Assembly (NCBI GenBank): GCA_046327935.1
Contig: JAXLXL010000001.1
Coordinates: forward strand, 1,152,386 to 1,216,385
Direction of reading: 5' to 3'
From: Deinococcaceae bacterium
GTDB taxonomy: Bacteria; Deinococcota; Deinococci; Deinococcales; Deinococcaceae
Length of the DNA: 64,000 nucleotides
Shown: in pieces, positions 1 through 9,760 of the stretch
Numbering within the stretch: the first letter of the stretch is position 1
Layout of the letters: each line of letters starts with the position of its first letter
Program-made: the position numbers and the translations under genes
The notes under the pieces: model-generated
Seen by the model: the letters and a program-made list of their open reading frames with translations, nothing else
Told to the model about the DNA's origin: nothing
Databases searched by the model: none

Positions 1-126
1 AAACATTGACGGTATGAGCCTGAAAGACCTGTTTTCAAGTTCAAAACAATCATCCATTCGTGAATACATTAGAAAAACATGGGACTATGCTCAGAAATCC
101 AGGATTCCTTTACCCTAAAAAACCCG

Positions 127-933
127 CTAAGCACCTCTCGATTGGTGTGGTTTGACCGGGTTTTTTGTATCGTTGTCTGCAATGGATTCCTCGAGAGCTT
201 CGAAAAACCCCTCTTCAAAAAGCTTGACCTTGGGTCCAAAATCTGTTTCTACGGCCCAACGGACAGCGTAAAAGGCGAGTCCATAGCCGATAAAGGTGAG
301 TGCAAGGCTGGGCAGTCGCATCATGGCATTGACTTCGGCCACTTGGTTGTTGAACGTTTTGCTGCCAAAGTTTTCAGTGACGTGCTGGAGGTTGATCCAA
401 AAGTTGAGTGTGCCGTTGATCAGTGCTTCGATTAAAATGATAAAAGTAGACCAGAACAGCATTTTTCGCACTGTTGGTGCCAACAAAAGCTGGCGCATGG
501 CCTCTTCTTGCTCGCGGTTTTCGGTTGCGGCCACCTTCAGAATGAATCCGAAAAAAGGCTGTCTGAGCAGGAGAGAAACGCCCATGACCAAAACGACCAC
601 AATTGATCCGTAGGAGTCTTTGAGGGCAAATTTCCATCCGTCGATTTGCAAGAAGGCCAAGACGCCGCCAGTCAGTGCAGAAACAGCGGCCAAAGCGGTC
701 ACTGGATTGAATTTTTGTGTTTTCCAGGTGTCCCACAAGATGTAAGCGGCTGGAATGATGCCGGCCAGGACAAAGGTCGGTCGTGTTCCCAATGTGTCAG
801 AGAAATTGAAGTCCGTGAAGGGAAGTTTGGATGCCAAAAGCGTGATTGGTATGGCCAATGTGAAGAAGAGATCAATGACAATTTTGGGAACCTTAAAACC
901 AGAAGAGGGTTGGGATGTCGAAATAGGACTCAC
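127..933 (-). CDS. Polytopic integral membrane protein of unknown function
   Basis: 268-aa ORF with several hydrophobic helices. Stop TAG at 127-129. No family motif recognised with certainty. Confidence 0.5.
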   Translation of the reverse strand: MSPISTSQPSSGFKVPKIVIDLFFTLAIPITLLASKLPFTDFNFSDTLGTRPTFVLAGIIPAAYILWDTWKTQKFNPVTALAAVSALTGGVLAFLQIDGWKFALKDSYGSIVVVLVMGVSLLLRQPFFGFILKVAATENREQEEAMRQLLLAPTVRKMLFWSTFIILIEALINGTLNFWINLQHVTENFGSKTFNNQVAEVNAMMRLPSLALTFIGYGLAFYAVRWAVETDFGPKVKLFEEGFFEALEESIADNDTKNPVKPHQSRGA

Positions 934-976
934 CTGATCAGGGTACCCGAAAACGCCATGAGAGTGCCAATTTTGA

Positions 977-1696
977 CTAGAGGCGGATTAGAATTCGATT
1001 GCAGGAAGGGCATTTCGAGGCGGGTACTTTTCGAGAGGCCACTTTCTGAAGAATCAGTGTTGGAAGTTGCATGTTGCAGCCAGTGCAGCGTTCTTGTTGC
1101 ACAGTGACCATTGCGTCTCGCTTGCCTCGGCGAATCATTTCGTATTCGTTGATTTGACGGCGGTCTCGGGCAGAGAGTTCTGCAATCCATCCATCCCGGA
1201 TTTGCTTTTTTTCGAGGTATTCTGTCCGCAACACCAAACGTCTCTGTTCGTCGATGGACTCGAGTTCATCCAGTTGAGGTCGGAGGTTTTTGTGCGCTGT
1301 CGTGAAATCTGATTTCGTCTGTGAAACAGCATCTCGCTCTTCGTAAAGAGGCGTCAGGGTGTCCATGATGTCGGCAATGCGATCTTGAAGTTGTTGAATG
1401 AGGTTTTCGTATTGGGTTTGTGTTCGGACATCAAAGGCATTTTTGTGCTGCTCTTCCTTGGCCCGTTCCAATTTGGTCTCATAATCTGTGAGCTCTTGTT
1501 CATTTTTCGAAATTTGCTTCTTGAGTGAGTCGAGCTGTTCGAGTGCATCGCTGATTAAATTGTTCAAACGCTCGAATTCGGCCCTCAATTCGGAGAGTTC
1601 AACAGGGATTTGGGTCTCACTGCTTTTCAGGAGGTCCAAATCCAAATCCATGCACTGAACCCGGTAAAGCTGAGTTAGAAAATCCATTGTCGTCAT
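977..1696 (-). CDS. Coiled-coil protein with C-terminal C4 zinc ribbon (COG1579-like)
   Basis: 239 aa. Long heptad-rich coiled coil ending in CTGC...19 aa...CPSC, typical of the zinc-ribbon coiled-coil family. Confidence 0.6.
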   Translation of the reverse strand: MTTMDFLTQLYRVQCMDLDLDLLKSSETQIPVELSELRAEFERLNNLISDALEQLDSLKKQISKNEQELTDYETKLERAKEEQHKNAFDVRTQTQYENLIQQLQDRIADIMDTLTPLYEERDAVSQTKSDFTTAHKNLRPQLDELESIDEQRRLVLRTEYLEKKQIRDGWIAELSARDRRQINEYEMIRRGKRDAMVTVQQERCTGCNMQLPTLILQKVASRKVPASKCPSCNRILIRL

Positions 1697-1725
1697 GCCC
1701 TTACTTTAAACCATTTGTGTGGCCA

Positions 1726-2370
1726 TTAACTTTTTGTATTTACCGGATTCAGCTTAATGCCCTTTTGGGGGCACAGAAACCCAAGGATACATTCGGGGCA
1801 CCGTGGGTTTTGGGACTTACACACCCTTCGACCGTGCAAAATCAGCGCGTTGTGAACAAAAATCCACTGCGACTGCGGGAAGAATGCTTCCAAGTCTGTT
1901 TCGATCTTGTCCGGGTTTGTGTGCACGCTCAAGCCCAGTCGTCTCGCAAGCCTGCCCACGTGCGTGTCGACGGCGATCGCCGGCCTTCCGAAGGCATTGG
2001 CCATGACGACATTTGCAGTTTTGCGTCCCACACCTTGTAACTCCGTCAATTGTTCAAAGTTTTCGGGGACGTGGCCATCATGGTGCTCCACCAGTCGCTG
2101 GGCCAGTGCGACAATGTACCTTGATTTTGTCCGGTGAAAGCCGATGCTTTGGATCAATTGTTCGATGTGCTCCACAGGGGCTTGAGCCATAGCGTGTGCG
2201 TCTGGGTAGTGGAAGAACAGTTTAGGTGTGGTGCTGTTGACCCTGACGTCGGTTGTCTGTGCGGACAACACAGTGGCGACCAAAAGTTGAAACGGGGTTT
2301 GGTAGGCCAATTCCGTCTGCGCATCCGGGTAAAGGGCGTGCAAAACTTCGAGCACATCGGTGGCATTCAC
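1726..2370 (-). CDS. nth: Endonuclease III (DNA glycosylase/AP lyase)
   Basis: HhH-GPD motif LQGVGRKTANVV. C-terminal 4Fe-4S cluster loop C-x6-C-x2-C-x5-C. Confidence 0.85.
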   Translation of the reverse strand: MNATDVLEVLHALYPDAQTELAYQTPFQLLVATVLSAQTTDVRVNSTTPKLFFHYPDAHAMAQAPVEHIEQLIQSIGFHRTKSRYIVALAQRLVEHHDGHVPENFEQLTELQGVGRKTANVVMANAFGRPAIAVDTHVGRLARRLGLSVHTNPDKIETDLEAFFPQSQWIFVHNALILHGRRVCKSQNPRCPECILGFLCPQKGIKLNPVNTKS

Positions 2371-3605
2371 GCGTTTGCCCAGCCCAATGTCCAGACGTTG
2401 CGAATGTCGATGCCCAAATTGATGATCATGCCGCGGTCTCCCATACTGAAACCGCCGTGAAGCATTCCGATTACCTGTCCAGAAATTCGGTTGAAAATGG
2501 GACCTCCACTGGATCCAGGTGCAGCACCCGTGTCAATTTGCAAAAAGGAAATGCCTTCTCGGCTTCGAATACCGTTGATGATGCCCTGAGAGTAGCTGAC
2601 CCCATCGCCAAGTGTGCCCGTCAAGGGATAACCGAGCAACCCCAGTTCGTCGCCCAATTCCGGTGCGTCGTTTTGGTTCAGCGGCAACCAATGGGGATGT
2701 CCCATACTGTCTTCGAGCCAGAGCAGCGCCAGATCATGGTGTTCGTTGCTTTCGATCAGACGGGCTTTTCGGAAGTTGTTCGTCCCCTCAAAGCGAAAGA
2801 GGATCTCTTGGGCCTCTTCAATCACGTGATGGCAGGTGAGCAGGTGTCCACCTGGAGTGACACAAAAACCTGTGCCCATGGCATTTTTTTCTTCGGGCAA
2901 CCGGACGACAACCGTGCCAACAGCCGAAAGTAAACCACTCGGAACGCGGGGTTGTACATTCCCAGGCCATGTTTGCGGCAGATGCAGGGGTGAAAATACA
3001 GTCTCCTTTTGATCTGGGAGATCTGAACTGGAAGGTCGATGTGCCTCTGTTGGGGTTGCAAGTGAAGGCAAGGTTTCGAGTGGCAGTTGAAGGCGTTTGA
3101 AATAGCCCTCTATCCCTTCGGTGAAACCGTGGCCATTGATGGACAGGCGCCACTGTCCGTCTTTGAGGTAGAGCTCTGCCAAGATGAGCGTTTTTTCGAG
3201 CCCAAAATCGCTGTGTGAAAAGTCAAAACGTGCGCGCTCAGTTTGAGCATCAGATAGGGACAGGTACCCACTGTGCAGGGTTCGGGCATTTTCGGCATAC
3301 TGCAGGTTTCGGTCTTCGAATGCCAAAGCGATGGTCAATTTTTGTCCATCTGTTGGACGTTTCTCAAGGTCGACCTCTAGGCGCGTGGTGTGGTTTTTGC
3401 TGTTTTTCCAGGCGATCGAGGCCGAGGATGCATGCGTTGGGTAAAATGCCATCGATTCTCTCAGGGGTTGGTCGCTCGCGTTTGCCCATATGGCCAGTAA
3501 GAATGGACGTTTTGAGGGACCTTGTAGGTTGATGTCGAGGTTGAGGGACGTTTGAAGGTCTATGTCGGACAGTTTGATGCGTTGGCCTTTCACGAGAGTG
3601 CGCAT
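2367..3605 (-). CDS. TerD-like N-terminal domain fused to trypsin-like (S1) serine protease
   Basis: N-terminus LVKGQRIKLSDIDL resembles the TerD stress-domain start. C-terminal half has GTGFCV...TCHHV (His), a conserved Asp, and the GSSGGPIF catalytic Ser motif of chymotrypsin-fold peptidases. Confidence 0.6.
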   Translation of the reverse strand: MRTLVKGQRIKLSDIDLQTSLNLDINLQGPSKRPFLLAIWANASDQPLRESMAFYPTHASSASIAWKNSKNHTTRLEVDLEKRPTDGQKLTIALAFEDRNLQYAENARTLHSGYLSLSDAQTERARFDFSHSDFGLEKTLILAELYLKDGQWRLSINGHGFTEGIEGYFKRLQLPLETLPSLATPTEAHRPSSSDLPDQKETVFSPLHLPQTWPGNVQPRVPSGLLSAVGTVVVRLPEEKNAMGTGFCVTPGGHLLTCHHVIEEAQEILFRFEGTNNFRKARLIESNEHHDLALLWLEDSMGHPHWLPLNQNDAPELGDELGLLGYPLTGTLGDGVSYSQGIINGIRSREGISFLQIDTGAAPGSSGGPIFNRISGQVIGMLHGGFSMGDRGMIINLGIDIRNVWTLGWANA

Positions 3606-3941
3606 GTTCCAATTCTAGTGGCCAAAGCCAAAAATTGGGGATGTCGCGAGGGTGAAAGTTGTTCGGTTCACTAGGATTGAAGCTTTAGGGTAAAGTTAAA
3701 AAACACGCTTCTGTGTTGAAGCGATCACTTCAATGCCTGGCAAACGTAATGCCCTGATTCTACCCATACCCGTTGGTAGCTGTAAGTACTGAGACTCCTT
3801 ACGCGGTCAAGCTGCACGGTATGTTGTTCTGGCCAAGATGGCGAAAAAACAAAATCTGTCGTTCTGGATGCTATTTACGAAAAAATAAGTTTCCGCGCTG
3901 CTGAGCGTGTTTTCAATATCTATCGTCATACCATTTATGGC

Positions 3942-4604
3942 TCATCCCAAACTCTGTTTAAAGTGCTCAAGAAGCCAATTGGAATCGTATGTGTGACTTT
4001 GGGTCAATTGAGATAGCGTGGAGACCATTTGGTCAAAGCGCTTGAGGAGGCGGGTGTAGCCTAGAGATCCCTGTGTCTGTCGGTAGTGGTTGTTGAGCGA
4101 GCGGTAGTACCATAGCGTTCCCCACTTCCCTCCGGTAAACCTTTCCCAAAGGCCATCACCGACCTCTTGCCAATCCTCGACAATGGATTGGGCGTTGTAC
4201 AGTTTGTCGGCCAATGAGACCAACCGTGATGCCTCGGGTTTTTGGATGAGGTGTTCCAGATAGCGTGTTTTGCGGTCCAACCAATCGAGGGCCTTCAGTC
4301 GAGCATCGTGACAGGATTGTGTTTTGTCTTCTTTTGTGGCGTCTGAGCAATCTTTGACAATATCCAGCACTTGGGGACCGAACAGTCTGGAGATTTCAAT
4401 ATGCACTTCAAGGCCAATGTCTTCGAGGGAATCGTGTAGGAGTGCGCCGATGGCCTCGGTTTCCGTGCCACCATGCTCCAGAACCAGGCTGCACACACCC
4501 ATGAGGTGCGCAATATAAGGGGCTGCACTGGGGCCTTTTCGAAATTGCCGTGCATGCAGTCTGTGCGCATAAACCAAGGCCTGGTCAAAGCGTTCTGTTA
4601 ACAT
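3942..4604 (-). CDS. HD-domain hydrolase, (p)ppGpp-hydrolase-like (RelA/SpoT N-terminal homolog)
   Basis: YAHRLHARQFRKGPSAAPYIAHLMGV...ALLHDSLED matches the HD metal-binding pattern of SpoT-type hydrolase domains. No synthetase domain is present. Confidence 0.6.
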   Translation of the reverse strand: MLTERFDQALVYAHRLHARQFRKGPSAAPYIAHLMGVCSLVLEHGGTETEAIGALLHDSLEDIGLEVHIEISRLFGPQVLDIVKDCSDATKEDKTQSCHDARLKALDWLDRKTRYLEHLIQKPEASRLVSLADKLYNAQSIVEDWQEVGDGLWERFTGGKWGTLWYYRSLNNHYRQTQGSLGYTRLLKRFDQMVSTLSQLTQSHTYDSNWLLEHFKQSLG

Positions 4605-4693
4605 GCTTTATTGTAGCGGTTTACCTCAAAAAAGTTGGAAAAACAAAAGGCATGTGCAAAAGACATGCCTTCACCGTTTCTTAAATGGGGTTT

Positions 4694-5146
4694 TTACCGG
4701 TGGGGATGCTTGGGCATATTTTGATGGTTTTTAGGATGGTGCTTGTTCATTTTGTTGTTGCGGGCATGCATTTTCAGCTGAGGGTACTTTTTGAAGAAGG
4801 CCTGGGCCCGCTCCGTCATCTTTATCTTCGAAGCCTTGAGTGTATTTTTCTCTGTCTGGACGGATTTTTCAGCTTCGAGTTGCGCCATTTGTTTAGACAT
4901 TCCCTTTTCGAGTGCGGCAACATAGGCTTTGAGTTGAGCCATTTGAATTTCTTTGGCTTTCGTTTGGAATTGTGTTCTCTCGGCTTTTAACGCTTCCCAT
5001 TCACTCTGGTCTTCGGGCTTTACGGTGTTTTTGATCGTCAATTCGTGGGCCTTTTGACGCAAGGCTTTCATTTCTTCATTTCCACCTTTTTGTGCAAAAG
5101 CCATGCTGCTCAGGACGAGGGCGCCAATCAAGAATAGGTGTTTCAT
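4694..5146 (-). CDS. Secreted coiled-coil protein with His-rich C-terminus
   Basis: The internal start MKHLFLIGALVLSSMAFA is a signal peptide preceded by a GGAGG RBS. The ORF track extends 77 codons upstream without support. C-terminal HHPKNHQNMPKHPH tail. Confidence 0.5.
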   Translation of the reverse strand: MKHLFLIGALVLSSMAFAQKGGNEEMKALRQKAHELTIKNTVKPEDQSEWEALKAERTQFQTKAKEIQMAQLKAYVAALEKGMSKQMAQLEAEKSVQTEKNTLKASKIKMTERAQAFFKKYPQLKMHARNNKMNKHHPKNHQNMPKHPHR

Positions 5147-5270
5147 CGTAACCTCCAGAAGGCCCGCTGTGTCTCGGGCTTTCAATGGATTAGAGTGTCG
5201 AATTTTGGAAAAGTTCCCGGAACCCGATTTCATAGGGGAACGTATAATAAAACCGAGCGGGGGATGCCTT

Positions 5271-7004
5271 TTGATCTGTCCTTTTTGTGGAACGTTGAAC
5301 GAATCGAGTGCTTCGGTGTGTCGGGTTTGCGGTGGGCGTTTTGGCTCAGAAAGCCAATACCTCCCACAAGGCCACAAGTTGGGACGCTATGAACTGGGCA
5401 AAGTGCTCGGCCAAGGTGGTTTCGGGGTCACCTATGCAGGTCGGGATACACTTTTGGGCCGGGGTGTCGCCATCAAGGAATTTTTTCCCCAAGGATCTGT
5501 GCGACAGGTGATGACCGTCATTCCGCCCAGAAACATCGATTTTACACACGAAAAAACCCGATTTTTGGAAGAAGCCCGCCTGCTGGCGCAGTTTGACCAT
5601 CCGGGTATTGTGCGTGTTTGGGACACCTTTGAGGCCTTCGATACCGTCTATTTGGTGATGGAGTTTTTGAAGGGCGAAACGCTCGGCAAGCGCATGGAGA
5701 AGCCGATTTCGGAGTCAGAAGTTGTTGATATTGCACGTCAGATTTTGGCAGCCTTGGATGTCGTTCACAGCTGTGGAATGCTACACCGTGATATCAAGCC
5801 GGACAATATTTTCCTGGCGCAAGAAGGTCGTGCTGTTCTGATCGATTTCGGTTCTGCGCGCACATTTGCCCAAGGTGAAGCCAAGTCGCACACACGTTTG
5901 GTCACACCCGGATACGCCCCACCCGAGCAATATGCCAGCCAAGCCAAATTCGGTCCGTACACCGATCTGTACGCTCTCGGAGCGACCCTTTACCATGCCC
6001 TTTTGGGTGAAATGCCGCCGGCGGCCACGGACCGCCTGCTCGGTGTCGCCTTAAAACCTTTGCCCGCACACGTGTCTTTTTCGCTGCGCGCCCTGCTTGA
6101 GCGGTGCCTCGCCCTTGAGGTTGCGAAGCGTCCACAGGCTGTTCAAGACGTGTTGACGCTGTTTGAAGAGGGGGCTCGATCCCCTCGGCGGAACACCCCT
6201 CAAAACACCCCCTCACCAAAACCTGAAACCACAGCCATTTCGCTAGACGAGCCGATTTCGCCTTCGGGCGACCAGCTGGTCAAGGCCATCCGATTTTCTC
6301 CGGAAGGGGGAACGCTGCGCTTAACTGCGGGAAGGTTTGTACTTCCGCAAGCCCTTGAAATCAAAAAAAGTTTGAAACTCATCGGCCTCGGCCCGGACAA
6401 AACCACCATTGTGGGTTCAGACGAAGGGTTTGTGCTGTATTCGAGTTCTGGAACACTGCATTTGGAAGGGCTCACATTGGAACACACCGGCAAAAAACCA
6501 TCCGATGTTTTGGTCGTCGGTCAACGGCTCAATGTTGAAAAGTGTGTGATTCGGGGTGGAGTTGTCGATGCCTCTGGGGATGGTGGAAATGGCATTGTTC
6601 TGCTCGGCAGTGCCGATGCAACCATCAAGCAATCGGCCTGTGAGCGCAATGGTTCGAGTGGCGTGTTCTTGTCGGATTCCTCGCGAGCATATCTGGAGGG
6701 AAATCGATTCAGTCACAATGGAAGCTGTGGGGTCGCTTACTTTGGTCGCTCGAGTGGTGTGGCGCGCAAAAACGTCTGTTCCGGAAATGACTTGCACGGC
6801 GTCGTCGTCACCGATGACGCGCAGCCCATATTGGAGGAAAATGTCCTTGAACGGAACAGGGAATGTGGCGTGGCATTTTTGGGGCATTCCCGTGGACGGG
6901 CTTTTGACAATGCCCTGAGTGGAAATGTGTTGCATCCCATTTTTGTCGCTCGGGAAGCCCGGCCCAGCCTGCAAGGAAATAGTGGTCATGTTGTCAGAAG
7001 ATAA
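5271..7004 (+). CDS. Hanks-type Ser/Thr protein kinase with N-terminal zinc ribbon and C-terminal right-handed beta-helix repeats
   Basis: Kinase motifs: G-loop GQGGFGVTY, VAIK, HRDIKPDN, DFGSAR, PPEQ. N-terminal CPFC...CRVC ribbon. C-terminal ~230 aa of Gly/Asn/Ser-rich parallel beta-helix repeats. Start reassigned to TTG at 5271 (TATAAT at 5243-5248, GGGGGA RBS), because the ORF-track start at 5103 overlaps the upstream convergent gene. Confidence 0.8.
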   Translation: MICPFCGTLNESSASVCRVCGGRFGSESQYLPQGHKLGRYELGKVLGQGGFGVTYAGRDTLLGRGVAIKEFFPQGSVRQVMTVIPPRNIDFTHEKTRFLEEARLLAQFDHPGIVRVWDTFEAFDTVYLVMEFLKGETLGKRMEKPISESEVVDIARQILAALDVVHSCGMLHRDIKPDNIFLAQEGRAVLIDFGSARTFAQGEAKSHTRLVTPGYAPPEQYASQAKFGPYTDLYALGATLYHALLGEMPPAATDRLLGVALKPLPAHVSFSLRALLERCLALEVAKRPQAVQDVLTLFEEGARSPRRNTPQNTPSPKPETTAISLDEPISPSGDQLVKAIRFSPEGGTLRLTAGRFVLPQALEIKKSLKLIGLGPDKTTIVGSDEGFVLYSSSGTLHLEGLTLEHTGKKPSDVLVVGQRLNVEKCVIRGGVVDASGDGGNGIVLLGSADATIKQSACERNGSSGVFLSDSSRAYLEGNRFSHNGSCGVAYFGRSSGVARKNVCSGNDLHGVVVTDDAQPILEENVLERNRECGVAFLGHSRGRAFDNALSGNVLHPIFVAREARPSLQGNSGHVVRR

Positions 7005-7035
7005 ATATCCGGTCAAGTGTAGGTTGGTACAGATA

Positions 7036-8280
7036 ATGGGTATGAGAAGAAAATTGGGATTTGCTCTTGGCGTGCTTTTTTTGAGCCATGGATCCGTACA
7101 GGGTGTATCGATCGAGGCAAAAACCTATCTTGACCAGGTGATATTGACGATTCAGAATAATGCCTTGGTCTCTGATCAACTCGATTGGACAAAACTGCGC
7201 AGGGAAGTTTTAAGCAAAGCGAGTAACGCCAAGAATCCCGAGGACACCTATCCAGCCATAGAATACCTTTTTGAACAGCTTAGGACCAAAGATCATCACA
7301 GCACTTTTCATACACCTCAAGACGCAAAAAAGATGCAGGCGAAAACGAGAGGCACTTTTGGTTTCCGCTGGTCCGCTTACCCGCAGGAAAATGTGGTCAC
7401 GTGGGTCATTCCTGGAAGTTCTGCAGAGAGAGCCGGGATGCGCGGAGGGGACCGAATTGAGAAGATAGGTGGACAGCCACCCAAAGCGACTTCTTTAATG
7501 GGAATCAATGAGGTAACGTTGCAATTGCGTCGCAAAGGCATTCCTTCCTCCTTTCAAGTGAAGCTGAAACGGTCTGAAATCAATATCAACGAAGCACCCA
7601 AAGCCTGGCTTTTGGGGGAACGCGTTGGCGTTCTGGAGCTACCTGGCACAACGGGTCAGGGAATGACTCCGCAAGGAAGTTATAGCGAGCTAGGCCAAGA
7701 GGCCCTCCGTATGTTGGATATGGCCAACCCTCTGTGTGGATGGGTGGTTGATCTGCGCAAAAACGATGGGGGAAACATGTGGCCCATGTTGGCTGCTGTG
7801 AGTCCTGTCCTGGGCGAAGGAAAGGTGGGATCTTTTGTAGGAGGCGGTGGACTTTCTTTTCTCAAAGACTGGAAATACAGTGAAGGGAAAGCCATCTTGG
7901 GGTTTTCCGTTCGTTCGAGTGTCAAAAAACCGTATACGTTGAAGCATCTCTTTCCTCCTGTCGCTGTGTTAACCAGTTCGCAAACAGCGAGTTCGGGAGA
8001 AGCCTTGGCTGTAGCGTTCAAAGGCCGAGATAAAACACGCTTCTTTGGAGAAGCCACCCTAGGCATCCCCACATCCAATGATGTCTATACACTTTCGGAT
8101 GGGGCTGTTTTGGTCGTCACAACGATGTTGGATGCGGATCGGACGGGTCAGACCTATTTCACTTCAATGGCTCCAGATGAATCGGTCAAAGTGGATTGGT
8201 CTCTCGTGAACCTTCCCAGCGACCCTGTGCTTCTTCAAGCCCAAAACTGGCTCAAAATTCAATCAGAATGTAAGGAATAG
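7036..8280 (+). CDS. S41 family C-terminal processing peptidase with PDZ domain
   Basis: Signal peptide MGMRRKLGFALGVLFLSHGSVQG. PDZ region GMRGGDRIEKIGGQP. S41 motifs WVVDLRKNDGG and LTSSQTASSGEALA. Confidence 0.75.
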   Translation: MGMRRKLGFALGVLFLSHGSVQGVSIEAKTYLDQVILTIQNNALVSDQLDWTKLRREVLSKASNAKNPEDTYPAIEYLFEQLRTKDHHSTFHTPQDAKKMQAKTRGTFGFRWSAYPQENVVTWVIPGSSAERAGMRGGDRIEKIGGQPPKATSLMGINEVTLQLRRKGIPSSFQVKLKRSEININEAPKAWLLGERVGVLELPGTTGQGMTPQGSYSELGQEALRMLDMANPLCGWVVDLRKNDGGNMWPMLAAVSPVLGEGKVGSFVGGGGLSFLKDWKYSEGKAILGFSVRSSVKKPYTLKHLFPPVAVLTSSQTASSGEALAVAFKGRDKTRFFGEATLGIPTSNDVYTLSDGAVLVVTTMLDADRTGQTYFTSMAPDESVKVDWSLVNLPSDPVLLQAQNWLKIQSECKE

Positions 8281-8293
8281 TCAAAGGAGTCTT

Positions 8294-9670
8294 ATGCTCA
8301 ATGCAACCTTAAAAACCCATCGGGAATTTCTCTTGGCCCATCAAGAAGGTCAAAAACTGTTTTTGGCGCTCACCTTAAAACCGAGTGCGGATGCCGCAAA
8401 GGCACGCCCGGATCTGAGCATTGCCTTTGTCGTGGACACCTCGGGCAGCATGCGGGAAGTGGTCACCCAACCGACCGAAATCACCAAGGAGAAAGTTCGC
8501 ATTGATGGGCAAAACTACAATGTGGTCAAAGGCGCAAAGAGCAAAATCGATCTGGTGGTCGAATCGCTCCGCGCCGTCATTGGTTCAGAGCTCTTGGCAA
8601 GCACCGACCGACTGGCTTTGGTCAAATTTGACGACAATGCCGAGGTTTTGGTTCCCTTTACACCGGCCACCGAGAGGGCGCGGTTGCTCGCTGCCGCTGA
8701 ACGTTTAACCCATTACTCGGGCGGAACGATGATGGGTGCGGGCATGAAACATGGCATCCGCCTGCTGGAATCGGAAACCGGAAGCCGCCGGATGGTGCTT
8801 TTGACGGACGGTGAGACCTTTGACGAAGCTGTTGTGCGCGAACAAATTGCCTTGATCGCAGCGGGTCACATTCCGGTCAGTGTGGTCGGTGTCGGAGATT
8901 TCAAGGCAGACCTGTTGCTCGAAACGGCCGACAAAACCCAGGGTCAACTCTTTGACGTCAAGCCAGATACCGAAAACCCAAAACCACCCGCCATTTGCGC
9001 GACCGACCTGCCCAAAGCCCTTTTGGGAGATCTGCAAAAAGCGGCTCTGGAGGTCGTCACCGGTGTGGGCCTGTCAATTCGATCCATCAAGGACGTCGTG
9101 CTGGACCGGATCACTCGGGTTATGCCCACCCAGACGGAGGTTGATCTCGGCGCTCAACCCCATGCGCTGGGCAACGTTGAAGTGGGTTCGGGTTCCACCT
9201 ATATTCTGGAATTTACCCTGCCTGCGCGCCCACCTGCCCGAATGCGGTTGGCGCAAATTGGCCTGACCTATGAGGTTCCTGGAGCGAACTACCGCGGTGA
9301 AATTCCACCTTTAGACGTCATCGTGGAGTTTACCCAAGACGAAGCCCGGGCCGCTTCTGTACACGCCGATGTCATGCAGTGGGTTCAACAGCGAAACATT
9401 GAAATGCTGGTGATGCAGGCGACCAAAGAAGCCGCTCGCAATCCGGAACAGGCAGCCAAAACCTTGGAACAAGCGCGCAACATGACCGTTCGCTTGGGCA
9501 ACAGCGCCATGACGCAAGCCCTTGACCAAGCGATCGGGGAATTGTCGGGATCCAAAACTATTTCGCTTGGCACAACAAAAACGCTGCGATTGGGCGCGAA
9601 AACCCAAACATTGCAAGGGGATTCAGATATTCCCAGCGACGAGGAAATTCGCCGAATTACGGGTGCTTGA
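8294..9670 (+). CDS. von Willebrand factor A domain protein
   Basis: MIDAS motif DLSIAFVVDTSGSM, plus downstream LLTDGE. No signal peptide. Confidence 0.7.
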   Translation: MLNATLKTHREFLLAHQEGQKLFLALTLKPSADAAKARPDLSIAFVVDTSGSMREVVTQPTEITKEKVRIDGQNYNVVKGAKSKIDLVVESLRAVIGSELLASTDRLALVKFDDNAEVLVPFTPATERARLLAAAERLTHYSGGTMMGAGMKHGIRLLESETGSRRMVLLTDGETFDEAVVREQIALIAAGHIPVSVVGVGDFKADLLLETADKTQGQLFDVKPDTENPKPPAICATDLPKALLGDLQKAALEVVTGVGLSIRSIKDVVLDRITRVMPTQTEVDLGAQPHALGNVEVGSGSTYILEFTLPARPPARMRLAQIGLTYEVPGANYRGEIPPLDVIVEFTQDEARAASVHADVMQWVQQRNIEMLVMQATKEAARNPEQAAKTLEQARNMTVRLGNSAMTQALDQAIGELSGSKTISLGTTKTLRLGAKTQTLQGDSDIPSDEEIRRITGA

Positions 9671-9760
9671 GGGCAGCAGTGCTCGGTCGCGATTTGCCAT
9701 CGTGCAGGTTATGATGGAAGAACGGTAACAGGCTCGTATAGCTAGCCAGGGGAGAGGTTC

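Noticed and set aside
116-169. AAAAAACCCG...CGGGTTTTTT as a bidirectional terminator
   Set aside because: Only a 4-bp stem with a 39-nt loop, overlapping the CDS end. Too weak.
79-736. ORFs 79-435(+), 296-613(+), 374-736(-) overlapping the 127-933 membrane-protein gene
   Set aside because: Alternative-frame or antisense shadows of a well-formed hydrophobic CDS. No motifs and no RBS.
2253-2933. 226-aa plus-strand ORF
   Set aside because: Antisense to the TerD-trypsin gene. High-GC frame artefact.
5103-5270. Upstream extension of the kinase ORF to ATG 5103
   Set aside because: Overlaps the convergent upstream gene by 44 nt and precedes a TATAAT / RBS / TTG arrangement at 5243-5273. The shorter start is preferred.
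6417-7016. 199-aa minus-strand ORF
   Set aside because: Antisense to the kinase beta-helix region. No features.
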